DNA from: Campylobacterales bacterium
GTDB taxonomy: Bacteria > Campylobacterota > Campylobacteria > Campylobacterales > UBA6016
Reading direction: 5' to 3'
NCBI GenBank assembly: GCA_036574095.1
Contig: JAINCO010000048.1
Span: 1 to 53,441, forward strand
Length of the DNA stretch: 53,441 nt
In this document: piece after piece, positions 8,752 to 19,596 of the stretch
Position numbering within the stretch: position 1 is the first letter of the stretch
How the letters are laid out: each line of letters starts with the position of its first letter
Made by a program: the position numbers and the translations under genes
Notes under the pieces: generated by a model
What the model was told of the DNA's origin: nothing
Seen by the model: only the letters and a program-made list of their open reading frames with translations
The model's database searches: none

Positions 8752-11369
8752 TTAAGAGCGGCTAATAGGGAGAGGTGAAGGTGCGGGTTGTCCAAGATAG
8801 AACCCCTGCCCCTCATCGATACCGATCATTTTGACTTGATTCCAAACTTGTTCGCTATGAACGAATTCTGCAACCGTTGTGATATTGAGTCGTTTTGCAA
8901 AGGAGACAATCGTTTCGGTGATCATTCGCACGTTCGCGTTTGTATCAATTGTCTTAATAAGTGTTGCATCGATTTTGAGAATATCAATTTGTAGCTTAAG
9001 GACATTTTCAAAGTTTGAATAGCCGCTTCCAAAGTCATCTAATGCGATTTTGCAGCCTAACTCTTTAATCTCCTCAATAAACTTTTGTACGGCATCAAAA
9101 TTCTCGATTCCTTCTGACTCAAGGATCTCAAAGACAACTCGCTCTCCAATTCCCTCCTCGCGAATGCGCCGCTTAATATAATCTGCCGTCTCCTCGTGGG
9201 CGATATCTTCAAATGAGAGGTTGATAGAAAATGGTTCACCTCGCTCTCTAAAGAGCCCGATTGAACGATCAAGAACGGCCATGGTAATCTGTGGATAGAG
9301 GCGAATCTTTTTGGCGATATCAAGGAAAAAGAAAGGAGAGATGGCGCGCCCATCATCATCGATGAGTCGCACAAGTGATTCATATTTAACAACTTTACCA
9401 GTTGATGCATCAATGATTGGCTGAAACCAGGGGATGATTCTTCCCTCAGCCAACGCTGCTCTGATTTTGGCTGCCCAGTGGATATTCTTTTCTAATTGAT
9501 GTCGCCTCTCCTCTTCGTTGCTGCAAAGATAAAAATCCCGCTTCTCTTCACGAGCCCTCTTGAGTGCATAGTCGGCTAGTTTGATTCTTTCGCCCACGGG
9601 TCCAGAAAAGCCAACTGTCGCCGTCATCACGATGCGGTTGTTGTTATAGAGGAAAGGTTCGCTAAAAGTTGAGCGAATGATCTCTAGAGCTGTCTCTAGG
9701 AAATGATCACACATACCAAGATCTCGCAGCGCAAACTCATCACCAAAGAGACGATAGATGGCCATTCGTCCCATCGCTCTACCCTCAAGCCTTCTGGCTA
9801 ATTCGATGAGAAGGTAGTCGCCCGCTTCTGTTCCGTAAAAGTCGTTTACAGATCTAAAGCCATCGATGTTAATCAGGGCGATCGCCCCCTCTTGGTTGGT
9901 GGCGAGCTCTTTAAAAAGTTTGTATCGACTAGCCAACCCCGTGAGCTCATCAGTTTCTAGCATAGCCCGTTTTGTAATAAGCTCTGTGATGTCGTAGCGG
10001 ATCGCAATGTATTCGATAATATCGCCGCGACGATCAAGAATTGGGACGATTGTTGAGCTAACAAAGTAGCTTGTCCCATCCTTGCGCCGGTTCTGAATAG
10101 TACCTTTCCAGATTTTTTTGGAGGAGATTGTTTTCCACAATTCGTCAAAAACTTTTTTCTCCATTTGGGGGTGGTGGACGATATTGTGTTGCTTGCCAAT
10201 GAGCTCATGACGGCTGTAGCCAGAGATGGCACAGAAAGCATCATTGACATAGGTGATGATGCCTGTAGGATCTGTTTTTGACACGATAGCGCTTGCGTCA
10301 ACAGCTACTTTGTATTCACGTAGAAGGTTGCGCTCATCTTCAAAGGCGTCAGTTTTGGCATCTAACTCTTTTTCTAATTCGCGATTAAGCTGCTCGATCT
10401 TGTCGATCATGGTACCAAATGTGGCATGGACGGTCAAGAGCGCCAGGGCGAGCATGGCAATTGTAGCTAATGCTACAAAAAGAGTTAGATCATTGATATT
10501 TTTGTAAAGAGATGAAAGCTCTTGAAAGCAGACGAGAATGCCTATCTCGGTGCCATCAAAAGCTTTGATCTTTTTAAAGTGGGCAGCGTAGTGGTGGTCA
10601 TCGATCTTTAAAATAGTATCTTGTGTGAAGTTGTTGTCGCTCTTAAGATGACCTAGGAGGGAGGGTGTTCCGTAGATGATGCGATAGCTACCAAAGCGGT
10701 GTGTTGCATGATCATCGCTAATCACAGAGGCGGCTTGTTCGTTAAGTAGCATGACAGTTTTTGACTGATCTAAGGTGCTCATAGCGCTAATAACGCCACT
10801 CACAGAGACCCCGATTTCGATGAGGCCGAGGTAGCCTCTATGGTCATGGATGGGCTCAACGACTCTATAATCACAACCATGTTTGCCCGTCTCAAACCCA
10901 ACGATCTGCGTTTTTAGACGGTTCGCTTCGACAACCATCGGACGAACTGTCGAGAGATCATCGCCATACAAGTGGGGTTTGTGGAGTCGCGCTAGTGAAT
11001 AATTTTTGGGTGAAATGAAGTGAAAGATCTCAATAGGAGGCTGACCACGCTTGGCAAAGTCATAGATAGGCTGAGCATAGGCAAGAAGGGCGCATGATCA
11101 TGTGAGGCCATGGCATCACGAATGGCTTTTTGAGAGCGGACAAAAAAGGCAAGATCAGCGAGGTGGCGTTGAAGCTGGTAGAGTGAGTGTTCGATTTGTC
11201 GATCGATGCGCTCCCCTTCTTGTGCGATAGCTTCATTAATCATAGCCCGCTGTTTATAATACCCAATACTCCAAAAGAGGAGGGCAATGGCAATGATAAC
11301 AACCGCTGTGACCGATATGGTTTTGATTTTGAGATTCAGCTTTGGCTCCCTGGTGAAATCGGCCGCCAT
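8752..11369 (-). pseudogene. Frameshift-split sensor gene: TM - Cache-like sensor - TM - PAS - GGDEF (degenerate, RLFGDEF) - EAL (ESLVR) c-di-GMP signalling protein
   Basis: Track ORFs 10992..11369 and 8752..10971 are adjacent. The frame of the large ORF stays open up to the TGA at 11098-11100. In that stretch it encodes ALLAYAQPIYDFAKRGQPPIEIFHFISPKNYSLARLHKPHLYGDDLS, which continues the upstream ORF logically. Could be a true frameshift or an assembly error. Confidence 0.65.
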
Positions 11370-11430
11370 TTTAGCATAAGAAAATGGAATTTACTTTTAC
11401 AAGTGGCTTGTTTAAGGAGGAGAAAAGTTT

Positions 11431-11453
11431 TTAAAGGAACCCCAGCTTGGGGA
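11431..11453 (-). terminator. Probable intrinsic terminator after rplT
   Basis: The minus strand reads CCCCAagcTGGGG followed by TTCCTTTAA. It starts about 10 nt after the rplT stop. Confidence 0.45.
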
Positions 11454-11463
11454 TTCCAAAGAT

Positions 11464-11817
11464 TTAGGCGAGGGCTTTTTTGGCTTGCTCGACAACTGTG
11501 GTAAAGGCAGTAGGGTTATTCATCGCCAAATCGGCAAGAATTTTGCGATCAAGTTCGATGCCTGCTTTTTTTAAGCCATTGATAAAGCGGCTATAGCTGA
11601 TGCCATTGAGGCGGCAGGCAGCGTTGATACGAATGATCCAAAGACGGCGGAAATCACGCTTTTTCTGTTTGCGATCACGGAAGGCATAATAGAGACTGCG
11701 CTCAAGCTGCTCTTTTGCTTTTCTAAAATGTTTGTGGCGCGCGCTATAAAAGCCGCGAGCTAATTTTAAGACTTTTTTGTGACGACGGCGTCTTACGATA
11801 CCAGTTTTAACACGCAT
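11464..11817 (-). CDS. rplT: 50S ribosomal protein L20
   Basis: 117 aa. [29 protein letters not shown]... Confidence 0.97.
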   Translation of the reverse strand: MRVKTGIVRRRRHKKVLKLARGFYSARHKHFRKAKEQLERSLYYAFRDRKQKKRDFRRLWIIRINAACRLNGISYSRFINGLKKAGIELDRKILADLAMNNPTAFTTVVEQAKKALA

Positions 11818-11902
11818 TGTTGGTTCCTTTGACCTTAGATTTTTTTAGGTGCCGCGAAGCGGACTTGCCTGCTTTGCTTTGGGGCTTGCAGGAGGAAAAG
11901 AG

Positions 11903-11917
11903 GCGCTATTATAGCGC
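11903..11917. other. Perfect 15-nt palindrome GCGCTATtATAGCGC in the rpmI-rplT spacer; it contains TATAAT on the minus strand
   Basis: Direct reading. The spacer between the rpmI stop (11943) and the rplT start (11817) is 125 nt. Confidence 0.5.
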
Positions 11918-11942
11918 AACACTACTTAGAGATGCGTAGGGC

Positions 11943-12137
11943 TTACGACATGCAAAGAAGGCTTTTGACCATATCGACATTGGCGCTATGGACATAATGG
12001 GGCGCCTTAAGACCACGCATTCTTTTGGAGCTCTTTTTCGTCAGGATATGGCTACGGAATGCTGCACCACGCTTAATTTTGTTTTTGGTCAGTTTGAAGC
12101 GCTTAGCCGCACTTTTATTGGTTTTCATTTTTGGCAT
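11943..12137 (-). CDS. rpmI: 50S ribosomal protein L35
   Basis: 64 aa. [24 protein letters not shown]... Confidence 0.97.
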   Translation of the reverse strand: MPKMKTNKSAAKRFKLTKNKIKRGAAFRSHILTKKSSKRMRGLKAPHYVHSANVDMVKSLLCMS

Positions 12138-12164
12138 AGAAACTCTCCTTGCAAAGATTGGGTT

Positions 12165-12695
12165 TTATTTTTTATTTTTTTTCGGGACAACATGCATATT
12201 GATATAGCGCCCCTCTTGTGTCGGCTCTTTGTCACGCTCGGCAATATCGCTGATCATCTCAAAGATACTATTGAGCAGCTCAAAAGCTGGAGCCGGATTT
12301 TCGTTTTCGCGTCCTTTGAGAAAAACGCGGAAACGCACATGCTTATCCTCTTCTAAGAACTCTCTGGCATGTTTGACTTTATAAGCAATGTCGTTTTTGG
12401 CAATTTTAATCGAGAGCTTAATCTCTTTAACCTCGATCACCTTCTGCTTTTTCTTGGCCTCTTTGAGCTTTTTTTCTTGTTCGTAGCGATATTTGTTAAA
12501 GTCCATGATCTTGCAGACAGGCGGTGTGGCCGTCGGTGAAATCATGACAAGATCAAGCCCTTTTTCTTCGGCTAATGCCAAGGCTTCACTCGATGAGATG
12601 ATGCCATATTGATGGCCATCCTCTCCGATGCAGCGCACCTCTTTGGCTTTATAGCGAACCTGCTCGTTGAGAATGGGTGCTTCTTTACCGCTCAC
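12165..12695 (-). CDS. infC: Translation initiation factor IF-3
   Basis: 176 aa. The GTG start overlaps the thrS stop (GTGA). The N-terminus [24 protein letters not shown] and ...[19 protein letters not shown]... are typical IF-3. Confidence 0.95.
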   Translation of the reverse strand: MSGKEAPILNEQVRYKAKEVRCIGEDGHQYGIISSSEALALAEEKGLDLVMISPTATPPVCKIMDFNKYRYEQEKKLKEAKKKQKVIEVKEIKLSIKIAKNDIAYKVKHAREFLEEDKHVRFRVFLKGRENENPAPAFELLNSIFEMISDIAERDKEPTQEGRYINMHVVPKKNKK

Positions 12696-14506
12696 GCGAG
12701 TTCCTCATGCGCTTCTCCAGAAATTTTTGAGATAAAATCGTCCAAACTAAGACTCTCTTGAGTTCGACTGCGTCGATCCCTTACGGCAACCGTCTTTGCC
12801 TCAACCTCCGCATCACCAATAACAACGATAACCGGGATGCGCTCTTTTTCGGCTGTGCGAATGCGTTTAGCCAGTGTTTCATTGCGATCAAAGATCTTAG
12901 CGTCGATCTCTTGGGCGCGTAGTTTGAGCATGATCTCTTTGGCGTAGGCTTGATGCGCTTCATTTACAGGGATGATGGCTACCTGGGTGGGAGCGATGAA
13001 GAGAGGGAACTCTCCACCAAAGTGTTCAGTTAAGATCGCAATAAAGCGCTCGAATGAGCCCAGGATAGCACGGTGAATCATCACCGGTCGTCGCGCTTGA
13101 TTGTTTTCATCGGTATAATGGAGGCCAAATCTCTCAGGTAGATTCAAATCGACCTGAACAGTGCCACACTGCCATTTACGGCCGATAGCATCGGTAATTT
13201 TAATATCGATTTTGGGTCCATAAAAGGCACCGCCACCTTCGTCGATGCCATAGGGTAATCCTTTGGTCTCTAAGGCGCCTCGGATCGCATTGGTTGCGAG
13301 CTCCCAAAACTCATCGCTTCCAATGGCCTTCTCAGGTTTGGTTGCAAGTTCCATCGTGTACTCAAAACCAAAACGCTTCATGATCGCATCGACAAAATCA
13401 AGAACCTCATGGATAACATTGCCAATTTGGTTTTCGGTACAAAAGATATGCGCATCATCTTGTGTAAATTCACGAACACGCAGCAGGCCATGTAAGACAC
13501 CCGATTTTTCGTGGCGATGAACAGTACCAAATTCAAAGAACTTCAATGGCAAATCACGGTAGCTGCGCACTTGGGCATTAAAAATACGCACATGCCCCAG
13601 GCAGTTCATCGGCTTCATGCCATACTCTTGCTCTTCAATTTGGGTAAAGTACATATTGTGGCCATAGTTTTGGTAATGTCCACTGACTTTCCACATATCT
13701 GATCGCAAAACTTCAGGGCCCCGTACTGGTTCGTAGCCTCGTTGTAGGTGGGCTTTATAAAGAAGGCGCTCAAGTTTGCCACGAAGCCTTGCTCCATTAG
13801 GCAGCCAAATAGGCAGACCTGATCCAATCTCTTCATCAAATATAAAGAGTTCAAGCTCACGGCCAAGCTTACGATGGTCGCGCTTTTTGGCCTCTTCGAT
13901 CATCGTGATATGCTTCTTGAGGCTCTCTTTGTCGGCAAAAGCAATGCCATAGATGCGTGTGAGCATCTCGCGATTCTCATCGCCCCCCAAGTAGGCACCA
14001 GCAACGCGCGTAAGCTTGAAATAGCGAATGAATTTTGTATTCGGTAGATGGGGCCCGCGACAAAGATCCTCAAACTCTCCTTGTTTGTAAATCGAGACGG
14101 TTTCGCTTGGGATGCGTGCTAAGACCTCAAGCTTGAGATCATCATCGGCAAATTTTGCCATCGCCTCGCTTTTAGGAATTTCGTAGCGAACAATCTCTAA
14201 TTTACGCGAGGCAATCTCCTCCATTTTCTTTTCGATCATAGGAAGATCGTCATCGCTTAGTCTTCGATTTGAGCGTAAATCGTAGTAAAATCCCTCATCC
14301 ACAACAGGGCCGACAAAAAATTTGGCTTCAGGCCAGAGCTCTTTGATTGCTTGAGCCATGAGATGAGCGCAGGAGTGACACAAAACCTCGAGAGAGTCTT
14401 CTGAGTTATCAAAATAGACGGGTGTTCCTGATATGTTATACGCGCGGGCAGTTTGCAGATCGATAAGTTGGTGATCATTGGTTTTGTAGGCGATAATGTC
14501 GCTCAA
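12692..14506 (-). CDS. thrS: Threonyl-tRNA synthetase
   Basis: 604 aa, TTG start. TGS/editing region ([11 protein letters not shown]), class II core and anticodon-binding domains. Confidence 0.95.
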   Translation of the reverse strand: MSDIIAYKTNDHQLIDLQTARAYNISGTPVYFDNSEDSLEVLCHSCAHLMAQAIKELWPEAKFFVGPVVDEGFYYDLRSNRRLSDDDLPMIEKKMEEIASRKLEIVRYEIPKSEAMAKFADDDLKLEVLARIPSETVSIYKQGEFEDLCRGPHLPNTKFIRYFKLTRVAGAYLGGDENREMLTRIYGIAFADKESLKKHITMIEEAKKRDHRKLGRELELFIFDEEIGSGLPIWLPNGARLRGKLERLLYKAHLQRGYEPVRGPEVLRSDMWKVSGHYQNYGHNMYFTQIEEQEYGMKPMNCLGHVRIFNAQVRSYRDLPLKFFEFGTVHRHEKSGVLHGLLRVREFTQDDAHIFCTENQIGNVIHEVLDFVDAIMKRFGFEYTMELATKPEKAIGSDEFWELATNAIRGALETKGLPYGIDEGGGAFYGPKIDIKITDAIGRKWQCGTVQVDLNLPERFGLHYTDENNQARRPVMIHRAILGSFERFIAILTEHFGGEFPLFIAPTQVAIIPVNEAHQAYAKEIMLKLRAQEIDAKIFDRNETLAKRIRTAEKERIPVIVVIGDAEVEAKTVAVRDRRSRTQESLSLDDFISKISGEAHEELA

Positions 14507-14580
14507 TATAGTTCCTTAGGTACAATAATCCTTCATCATCTATGGATTGACTCACATCTTGTCTATCGTTGTAGAGGCAG

Positions 14581-14656
14581 TGGTGGCCACGAGAGGACTC
14601 GAACCTCCGACCACTACCATGTCAAGGTAGTGCTCTACCAACTGAGCTACGCGACC
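14581..14656 (-). tRNA. tRNA-Val (anticodon GAC), encoded CCA
   Basis: Reverse complement is GGTCGCGTAGCTCAGTTGGTAGAGCACTACCTTGACATGGTAGTGGTCGGAGGTTCGAGTCCTCTCGTGGCCACCA. Confidence 0.92.
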
Positions 14657-14674
14657 ACTTTCGAGGCGGGAATT

Positions 14675-15124
14675 CTAACCAACTTTAGCTTTATTGTTCC
14701 TGAAATTTCTCCATAGAACCGACAGAACGGCGCAATCGATTAAGACATCAGCCAGATTAAAAATAGCAAACTCAAAACCACAGTGCCAGTAGATATAATC
14801 AACGACTCCTCCGATGGCGAAGCGATCAAAGATATTCGAAAGCCCTGCTGCAAAAAAGGTAGCCGCCTCATAGCGATAGGTATGAAGAAGCCTCTCGCGA
14901 TAAGCAAACCATGCGATGGCAGCAATCAAGAGTAGCTGGATATATTTTAATCCCTCTCCCAAAAAGGAGAAGAGACTAAAAGCAACCCCTTTGTTGATTG
15001 CCAAGATCAACGAGAGGCAGCTGCTATGCCACTGGGCTCCTTGCAAAAAAAGCTGCTTGATCGCTTGATCAAGAGCAAAGAGAGAGAGCGCCAGTAGCAA
15101 TGGAAAGAGCGATGCCTTAGCCAT
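14675..15124 (-). CDS. lspA: Lipoprotein signal peptidase (signal peptidase II)
   Basis: Track ORF 14675..15562 is over-extended into glmM. The real start is the ATG at 15124 ([23 protein letters not shown]...NKGVAFS...FNLADVLI), overlapping the glmM stop by 8 nt. Confidence 0.88.
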   Translation of the reverse strand: MAKASLFPLLLALSLFALDQAIKQLFLQGAQWHSSCLSLILAINKGVAFSLFSFLGEGLKYIQLLLIAAIAWFAYRERLLHTYRYEAATFFAAGLSNIFDRFAIGGVVDYIYWHCGFEFAIFNLADVLIDCAVLSVLWRNFRNNKAKVG

Positions 15125-16457
15125 TGATCGCCTGTGTAAGAAAGTTCGCCATCTCGTCAAGTCGTTTGGCAAGAACTCCTTCGTTGGTTCCCTCAAGTAG
15201 TAGGCGGAGTTTATTTTCGGTGCCTGAATAGCGTATAAGGTGACGAATCCCCTCGGCTTCAAGTGCATTGAGGCGCTCCTGAAAGCCTGGTATCTCGGTA
15301 AGTGGGATTTTTTGGCGTACAGGAAGGGCTTGTTGTAGCTGAGGATCAGGTGCAAAAAGGCGCAAGGCAACACTCGCTTTTTTGCCCGATTTAAGCACAA
15401 GTGCTGCTGTTTGCAAGGCGGCAACAAGGCCATCGCCTGTCTTAGCGTAGTCGGTGAAGATGATATGGCCGCTCTGCTCACCTCCGAAGTTGAGCCCCTC
15501 TTTTTGAAGTGCCTCAAGAATATACTTATCCCCAACATCGGTACGCACAAGAGCGATCCCATTATTATTTAAAAAGTGCTCCATTGCCCCATTGCTCATG
15601 ACGGTAGCCGCGATTTTCCCCCCTTTGAGGGTCCCTTGATCTTTTAAGTAAAGAGCTAAGGCGGCCAAAAGATGATCCCCCTCGACAACCTCCCCCTCTT
15701 CATCAACAACAACAAGCCGATCGGCATCTCCATCAAATGCAAAACCGATATCGGCACGGTAGGTTCGCACAGCATGCTGCAAGTCGGCTGGATGGAGTGC
15801 GCCACACCCTTCGTTAATGTTAAGTCCATTGGGCTTATCGTGCAAGACAATCAGATCGGCGCCAAGCTCAGCAAAGATTGTTGGCGCCACTTTATAGGCG
15901 GCTCCATTGGCTGTATCGATGACAATGCGCACGCCATGAAGTGTTAGCTCTTTGGGAAAAGAGTTTTTGATCGAGACGATGTAGCGCCCGATGACATCGT
16001 CAATGCGCTTGGATGCGCCAACCTCTTTGCCCGTCTTTTGATTGGCGCTTAACAGATCATCATCACCATAGATGCGCTCGATCTCCTCCTCGGCGGCTGC
16101 GCTAAGCTTATTGCCAAAGGCATCGAAGAACTTGATCCCATTATCATCATAGGGATTGTGGCTTGCAGAGATGACGATGCCACCATCACAACGCATATCT
16201 TCAGTCAAAAAGGCAATAGCAGGAGTCGGCATGGGGCCGATTTGGACAACATCATAGCCAACTGCAGTAAGCCCCGCAACGAGGGCATTTTCGATCATAT
16301 AGCCACTACGTCTCGTATCTTTGCCAACTAGAATTTTGTTGGTGCGTGAGTGTTTACGAAAGTAGATGCCGGCCGCCATGGCGAGATTAAGGGCCATTTG
16401 GACTGTTAGGGTCTTACCCGCACGACCCCGGACACCATCAGTACCGAAAAGTTTCAT
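15117..16457 (-). CDS. glmM: Phosphoglucosamine mutase
   Basis: 446 aa. [11 protein letters not shown]...[16 protein letters not shown] (active-site Ser loop)...GGEQSGH. Confidence 0.95.
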   Translation of the reverse strand: MKLFGTDGVRGRAGKTLTVQMALNLAMAAGIYFRKHSRTNKILVGKDTRRSGYMIENALVAGLTAVGYDVVQIGPMPTPAIAFLTEDMRCDGGIVISASHNPYDDNGIKFFDAFGNKLSAAAEEEIERIYGDDDLLSANQKTGKEVGASKRIDDVIGRYIVSIKNSFPKELTLHGVRIVIDTANGAAYKVAPTIFAELGADLIVLHDKPNGLNINEGCGALHPADLQHAVRTYRADIGFAFDGDADRLVVVDEEGEVVEGDHLLAALALYLKDQGTLKGGKIAATVMSNGAMEHFLNNNGIALVRTDVGDKYILEALQKEGLNFGGEQSGHIIFTDYAKTGDGLVAALQTAALVLKSGKKASVALRLFAPDPQLQQALPVRQKIPLTEIPGFQERLNALEAEGIRHLIRYSGTENKLRLLLEGTNEGVLAKRLDEMANFLTQAING

Positions 16458-16601
16458 GACTGTTGCTCCTTACTGTTTGGGCTGATTGTAACATATTTTC
16501 TCTAAGGCGCTCCCTATTCCCTTATATTTAAATGAATTTTAATCTTTTTTAAGGTAAAATGGCGGCAAAATTTTCAAAAATTGAAGAAGGATATTAACCC
16601 A

Positions 16602-16862
16602 ATGGCACATCATAAATCAGCCGAAAAACGGATCCGCCAGACAGCGGTCCGCACAGAGCGCAATAAGGCACTACGAACACGCATGAAAAATGTTGTTAAG
16701 AATGTTCGCATTGCAGCCGAGAGCGGTGATGCTGCTGCGCTACAAGAGGCATTTCGCGTTGCTAACAAAGAGCTTCACCGCCTTGTCAGCAAAGGTCTGA
16801 TCAAAAAACAGACTGCCAGTCGTAAAGTTAGCCGCCTGGCCAAACTCCTCAACGCCCAGTAA
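16602..16862 (+). CDS. rpsT: 30S ribosomal protein S20
   Basis: The track ORF starts at TTG 16581. I prefer ATG 16602 ([13 protein letters not shown]...), which has AAGAAGGA upstream. Confidence 0.93.
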   Translation: MAHHKSAEKRIRQTAVRTERNKALRTRMKNVVKNVRIAAESGDAAALQEAFRVANKELHRLVSKGLIKKQTASRKVSRLAKLLNAQ

Positions 16863-16882
16863 GCGCTTAAATCCTTGACTTT

Positions 16883-16907
16883 GAGGAGAGCGCGGGTGCG
16901 CCTCCTC
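16883..16907 (+). terminator. Stem-loop after rpsT (terminator-like, no clear U-tract)
   Basis: GAGGAGaGCGCgggtGCGCCTCCTC, a 10-bp stem with one bulge. Confidence 0.35.
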
Positions 16908-16952
16908 GCTTCATATCATCCTCGCTCAAATAGATAGTACAAAGAGTTTCCC

Positions 16953-18020
16953 ATGCTGATGACCAAGCTTGAACCCGTTATTGCCCGTTATGAAGAGATT
17001 GAGCGCGAGCTTCACCGCCTCAGTGATGGTAGCGATATCAAGCGACTGACGGAGTTAACCAAAGAGCAATCCCAGCTTCATGAGCTTGTTCAGACGGCGC
17101 GTCACTATCGTGATATGTTAAAAGCGATTGAGGAGAATCGAGCCTTGATTGATGATCCTGAGTTGGGTGAGTTAGCACGCGAGGAGCTAAAGGGGCTTGA
17201 GGAGCAGCGACCGTTAATTGAGGAGAAGATCAAGGTTCTTCTTTTGCCCAAAGATCCTAATGATGAACGCAATACCTACCTGGAAATTAGAGCAGGAACG
17301 GGCGGTGATGAGGCGGCTTTGTTTGCTGGAGATTTGATGCGCGCCTATCTTCGCTATGCCGAGCTTAAAGGGTGGAAGGTCGAGCTTGTCAGTGCAAGCT
17401 CTAGTGATTTGGGTGGCTATAAAGAGGTGATTTTGCTCATTAAAGGGGAGCGAGTCTATTCTCGCCTGAAGTATGAGGGTGGGGTTCATCGTGTTCAGCG
17501 CGTGCCAGCCACCGAGGCACAAGGGCGCATCCATACCTCAACCGTTACTGTTGCAGTGATGCCAGAGGTTGATGATGTTGAGATCACGCTTAATCCCAAT
17601 GATATTCGCATTGATGTCTATCGTTCAGGCGGCCACGGTGGACAATCGGTCAATACGACCGACTCGGCGGTGCGTGTGACCCACATTCCCACCGGCCTTT
17701 CTGTTGCTATTCAAGATGAAAAGAGCCAGCATAAAAACAAGGAAAAAGCGCTTAAAATCCTTCAAGCGAGGCTCTATGAGATGCAAATGAGTGCACAATT
17801 GGCCGAAAATGAGGCGGCCCGTCGTTCACAGGTGGGCTCAGGTGAGCGCAGCGAAAAGATTCGCACTTACAACTATCCCCAAAACCGCATTACTGATCAT
17901 CGTATTAACCTTACTCTCTATCGTCTTGATGCGATTATGGCAGGTGGTCTGTGGGATGAGCTGATCGAGCCAGCCATTGTCCATGCCCAGGCTCAAGCAT
18001 TGGCTGATGCAGGGCTATAA
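16953..18020 (+). CDS. prfA: Peptide chain release factor 1
   Basis: 355 aa. PAT tripeptide ([14 protein letters not shown]) and GGQ motif ([12 protein letters not shown]). Confidence 0.95.
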   Translation: MLMTKLEPVIARYEEIERELHRLSDGSDIKRLTELTKEQSQLHELVQTARHYRDMLKAIEENRALIDDPELGELAREELKGLEEQRPLIEEKIKVLLLPKDPNDERNTYLEIRAGTGGDEAALFAGDLMRAYLRYAELKGWKVELVSASSSDLGGYKEVILLIKGERVYSRLKYEGGVHRVQRVPATEAQGRIHTSTVTVAVMPEVDDVEITLNPNDIRIDVYRSGGHGGQSVNTTDSAVRVTHIPTGLSVAIQDEKSQHKNKEKALKILQARLYEMQMSAQLAENEAARRSQVGSGERSEKIRTYNYPQNRITDHRINLTLYRLDAIMAGGLWDELIEPAIVHAQAQALADAGL

Positions 18021-18872
18021 GTGTTGATGCGCCACGCTATCCCCCCTCTTATCTACGGAACAGCTTGGAAGCAAGAGCGAACTGCCCAGCTTGTTGAAAT
18101 GGCGGTTCTGGCTGGTTTTCGGGGTATCGATACAGCATGTCAGCCTAAACATTATCATGAAACTGGTGTTGGCGAGGCGCTCAAGAGGCTACGCGCACAT
18201 GGCATCGAGCGTGACCACCTCTTCCTTCAGACGAAATTTACCCCATTAGCAGGTCATGATCCAGCGCGCATCCCCTATGATCCTGCAGTGCCATTATCGA
18301 TGCAAGTTGCCCAATCTTTTGGTGTCTCTCAGCGTAATCTTGGTGTTGATGTTGTTGATGCGCTGATCCTTCATGCGCCACTTGAGAGTTACGATCGAAC
18401 ACTTGAAGTATGGCGGGCGATGGAGGAGATTGCGCAGCGTGGCGGGACACGTTTATTGGGTGTGAGTAACTGCTACGATGTGCACTTTTTTCAGCGTCTG
18501 TTTGCTGATGCCATTGTCAAACCTTCAATCTTGCAAAATCGCTTTTATGCCCAAACCCATTATGATGATGAGCTTCGTGCATGGTGTCGCTCTCAGGGGA
18601 TTATTTATGAAAGCTTTTGGAGCCTAACGGCCAACACCCATCTTTTGGCTCATCCTGCCATCGCTAACATTGCAATGCGTCACGGGTTGACCCAGGCGCA
18701 GGTGTGGTATCGTTACCTCATCGATTTAGGTATTGTACCGCTTATTGGAACAACTTCTGCCTTGCATATGGCGCAAGATCTTGCTGTTCTTGATCTTGCC
18801 CTCGAGAAGAGTGAACGCGAGGCTATCGATACTCTTGTTAAGCAAAGCGTTCGTTGGGTACAACGGCCGTAA
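18021..18872 (+). CDS. Aldo/keto reductase family oxidoreductase
   Basis: 283 aa. GTG start directly after the prfA stop. ...GFRGIDTACQPKHYHETGVGEAL...LQTKF...LILHAP...LGVSN... is the AKR pattern. Confidence 0.8.
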   Translation: MLMRHAIPPLIYGTAWKQERTAQLVEMAVLAGFRGIDTACQPKHYHETGVGEALKRLRAHGIERDHLFLQTKFTPLAGHDPARIPYDPAVPLSMQVAQSFGVSQRNLGVDVVDALILHAPLESYDRTLEVWRAMEEIAQRGGTRLLGVSNCYDVHFFQRLFADAIVKPSILQNRFYAQTHYDDELRAWCRSQGIIYESFWSLTANTHLLAHPAIANIAMRHGLTQAQVWYRYLIDLGIVPLIGTTSALHMAQDLAVLDLALEKSEREAIDTLVKQSVRWVQRP

Positions 18873-19596
18873 AGAGTCGCTGCACTGCCCCTTTGAAATA
18901 GAGCGTTCCGTTATCGCTACGCATTGAAAGAGTCTCGCCGCTTTTTGGGATAATCTTGGCTTCAGATCCGACGTGCCCTTCGGTTAAAAGGCGCAAAAAG
19001 CAAGCAGCCATTCCCGTACCACAAGCAAGTGTCTCTGCTTCAACCCCTCGCTCAAAGGTTCTGACGCGAAGTTGGCCATCTTGTAGGGCGACATAGTTGA
19101 CATTGGCATTATGGGCATGACGCATCCTTGCGGCAATGGCTTCATCAAAAACCGAAAGATCATCAACAACGGTTACAAGATGGGGAACGCCCGTGTCAAT
19201 TTTCCACCAAACAAGCCCCTCTTCTTCAAAGGAGGTTGCTAAAATCGTTGGTGGTGTCAATTGGCTCTCCACGACCCCATTGCTCTCAACCGTGGCATGG
19301 ATGACGCCTGCTGCTGTGACAAAACTCATGTTCGCAGGCGCTAAATCGTGATCAAAGGCATACAACGCTGCGGCACGGCTACCATTGCCGCACATCGCCG
19401 CGCTGCTTCCATCAGCATTATAAAACTCCCAAGCAAAATTGTGCGTAGGATGAGGGATAAGAACAATCAATCCATCCGCCCCTATGCCGTTATGACGATC
19501 GCACAGGGCGCGTGCAAGGTGGCTGCGGTCTTTGGTGGTAAATGTGTGAAAGATAACGAAATCATTGCCACTTGCGCTATATTTTTCAACAACCAT
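18838..19596 (-). CDS. dapF: Diaminopimelate epimerase
   Basis: 252 aa. ...YSASGNDFVIF...FYNADGSSAAMCGNGSR...ETLACGTG (two catalytic Cys). Confidence 0.93.
   Translation of the reverse strand: MVVEKYSASGNDFVIFHTFTTKDRSHLARALCDRHNGIGADGLIVLIPHPTHNFAWEFYNADGSSAAMCGNGSRAAALYAFDHDLAPANMSFVTAAGVIHATVESNGVVESQLTPPTILATSFEEEGLVWWKIDTGVPHLVTVVDDLSVFDEAIAARMRHAHNANVNYVALQDGQLRVRTFERGVEAETLACGTGMAACFLRLLTEGHVGSEAKIIPKSGETLSMRSDNGTLYFKGAVQRLFTAVVPNERFA

Noticed and set aside
11988-12356. Plus-strand ORFs 11988..12356 and 12025..12207, antisense to rpmI and infC.
   Set aside because: They are opposite highly conserved ribosomal and IF-3 genes and give low-complexity F/L-rich translations. They are spurious.
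15125-15562. N-terminal 146 aa of the 295-aa track ORF 14675..15562.
   Set aside because: It lies entirely within glmM in another frame. The lspA homology begins only at the ATG at 15124, so the extension is an artefact of the longest-ORF rule.
18838-18872. 35-nt convergent overlap of the aldo/keto reductase and dapF 3' ends.
   Set aside because: Short convergent 3' overlaps are common in compact genomes. Nothing in the overlap suggests a special element.
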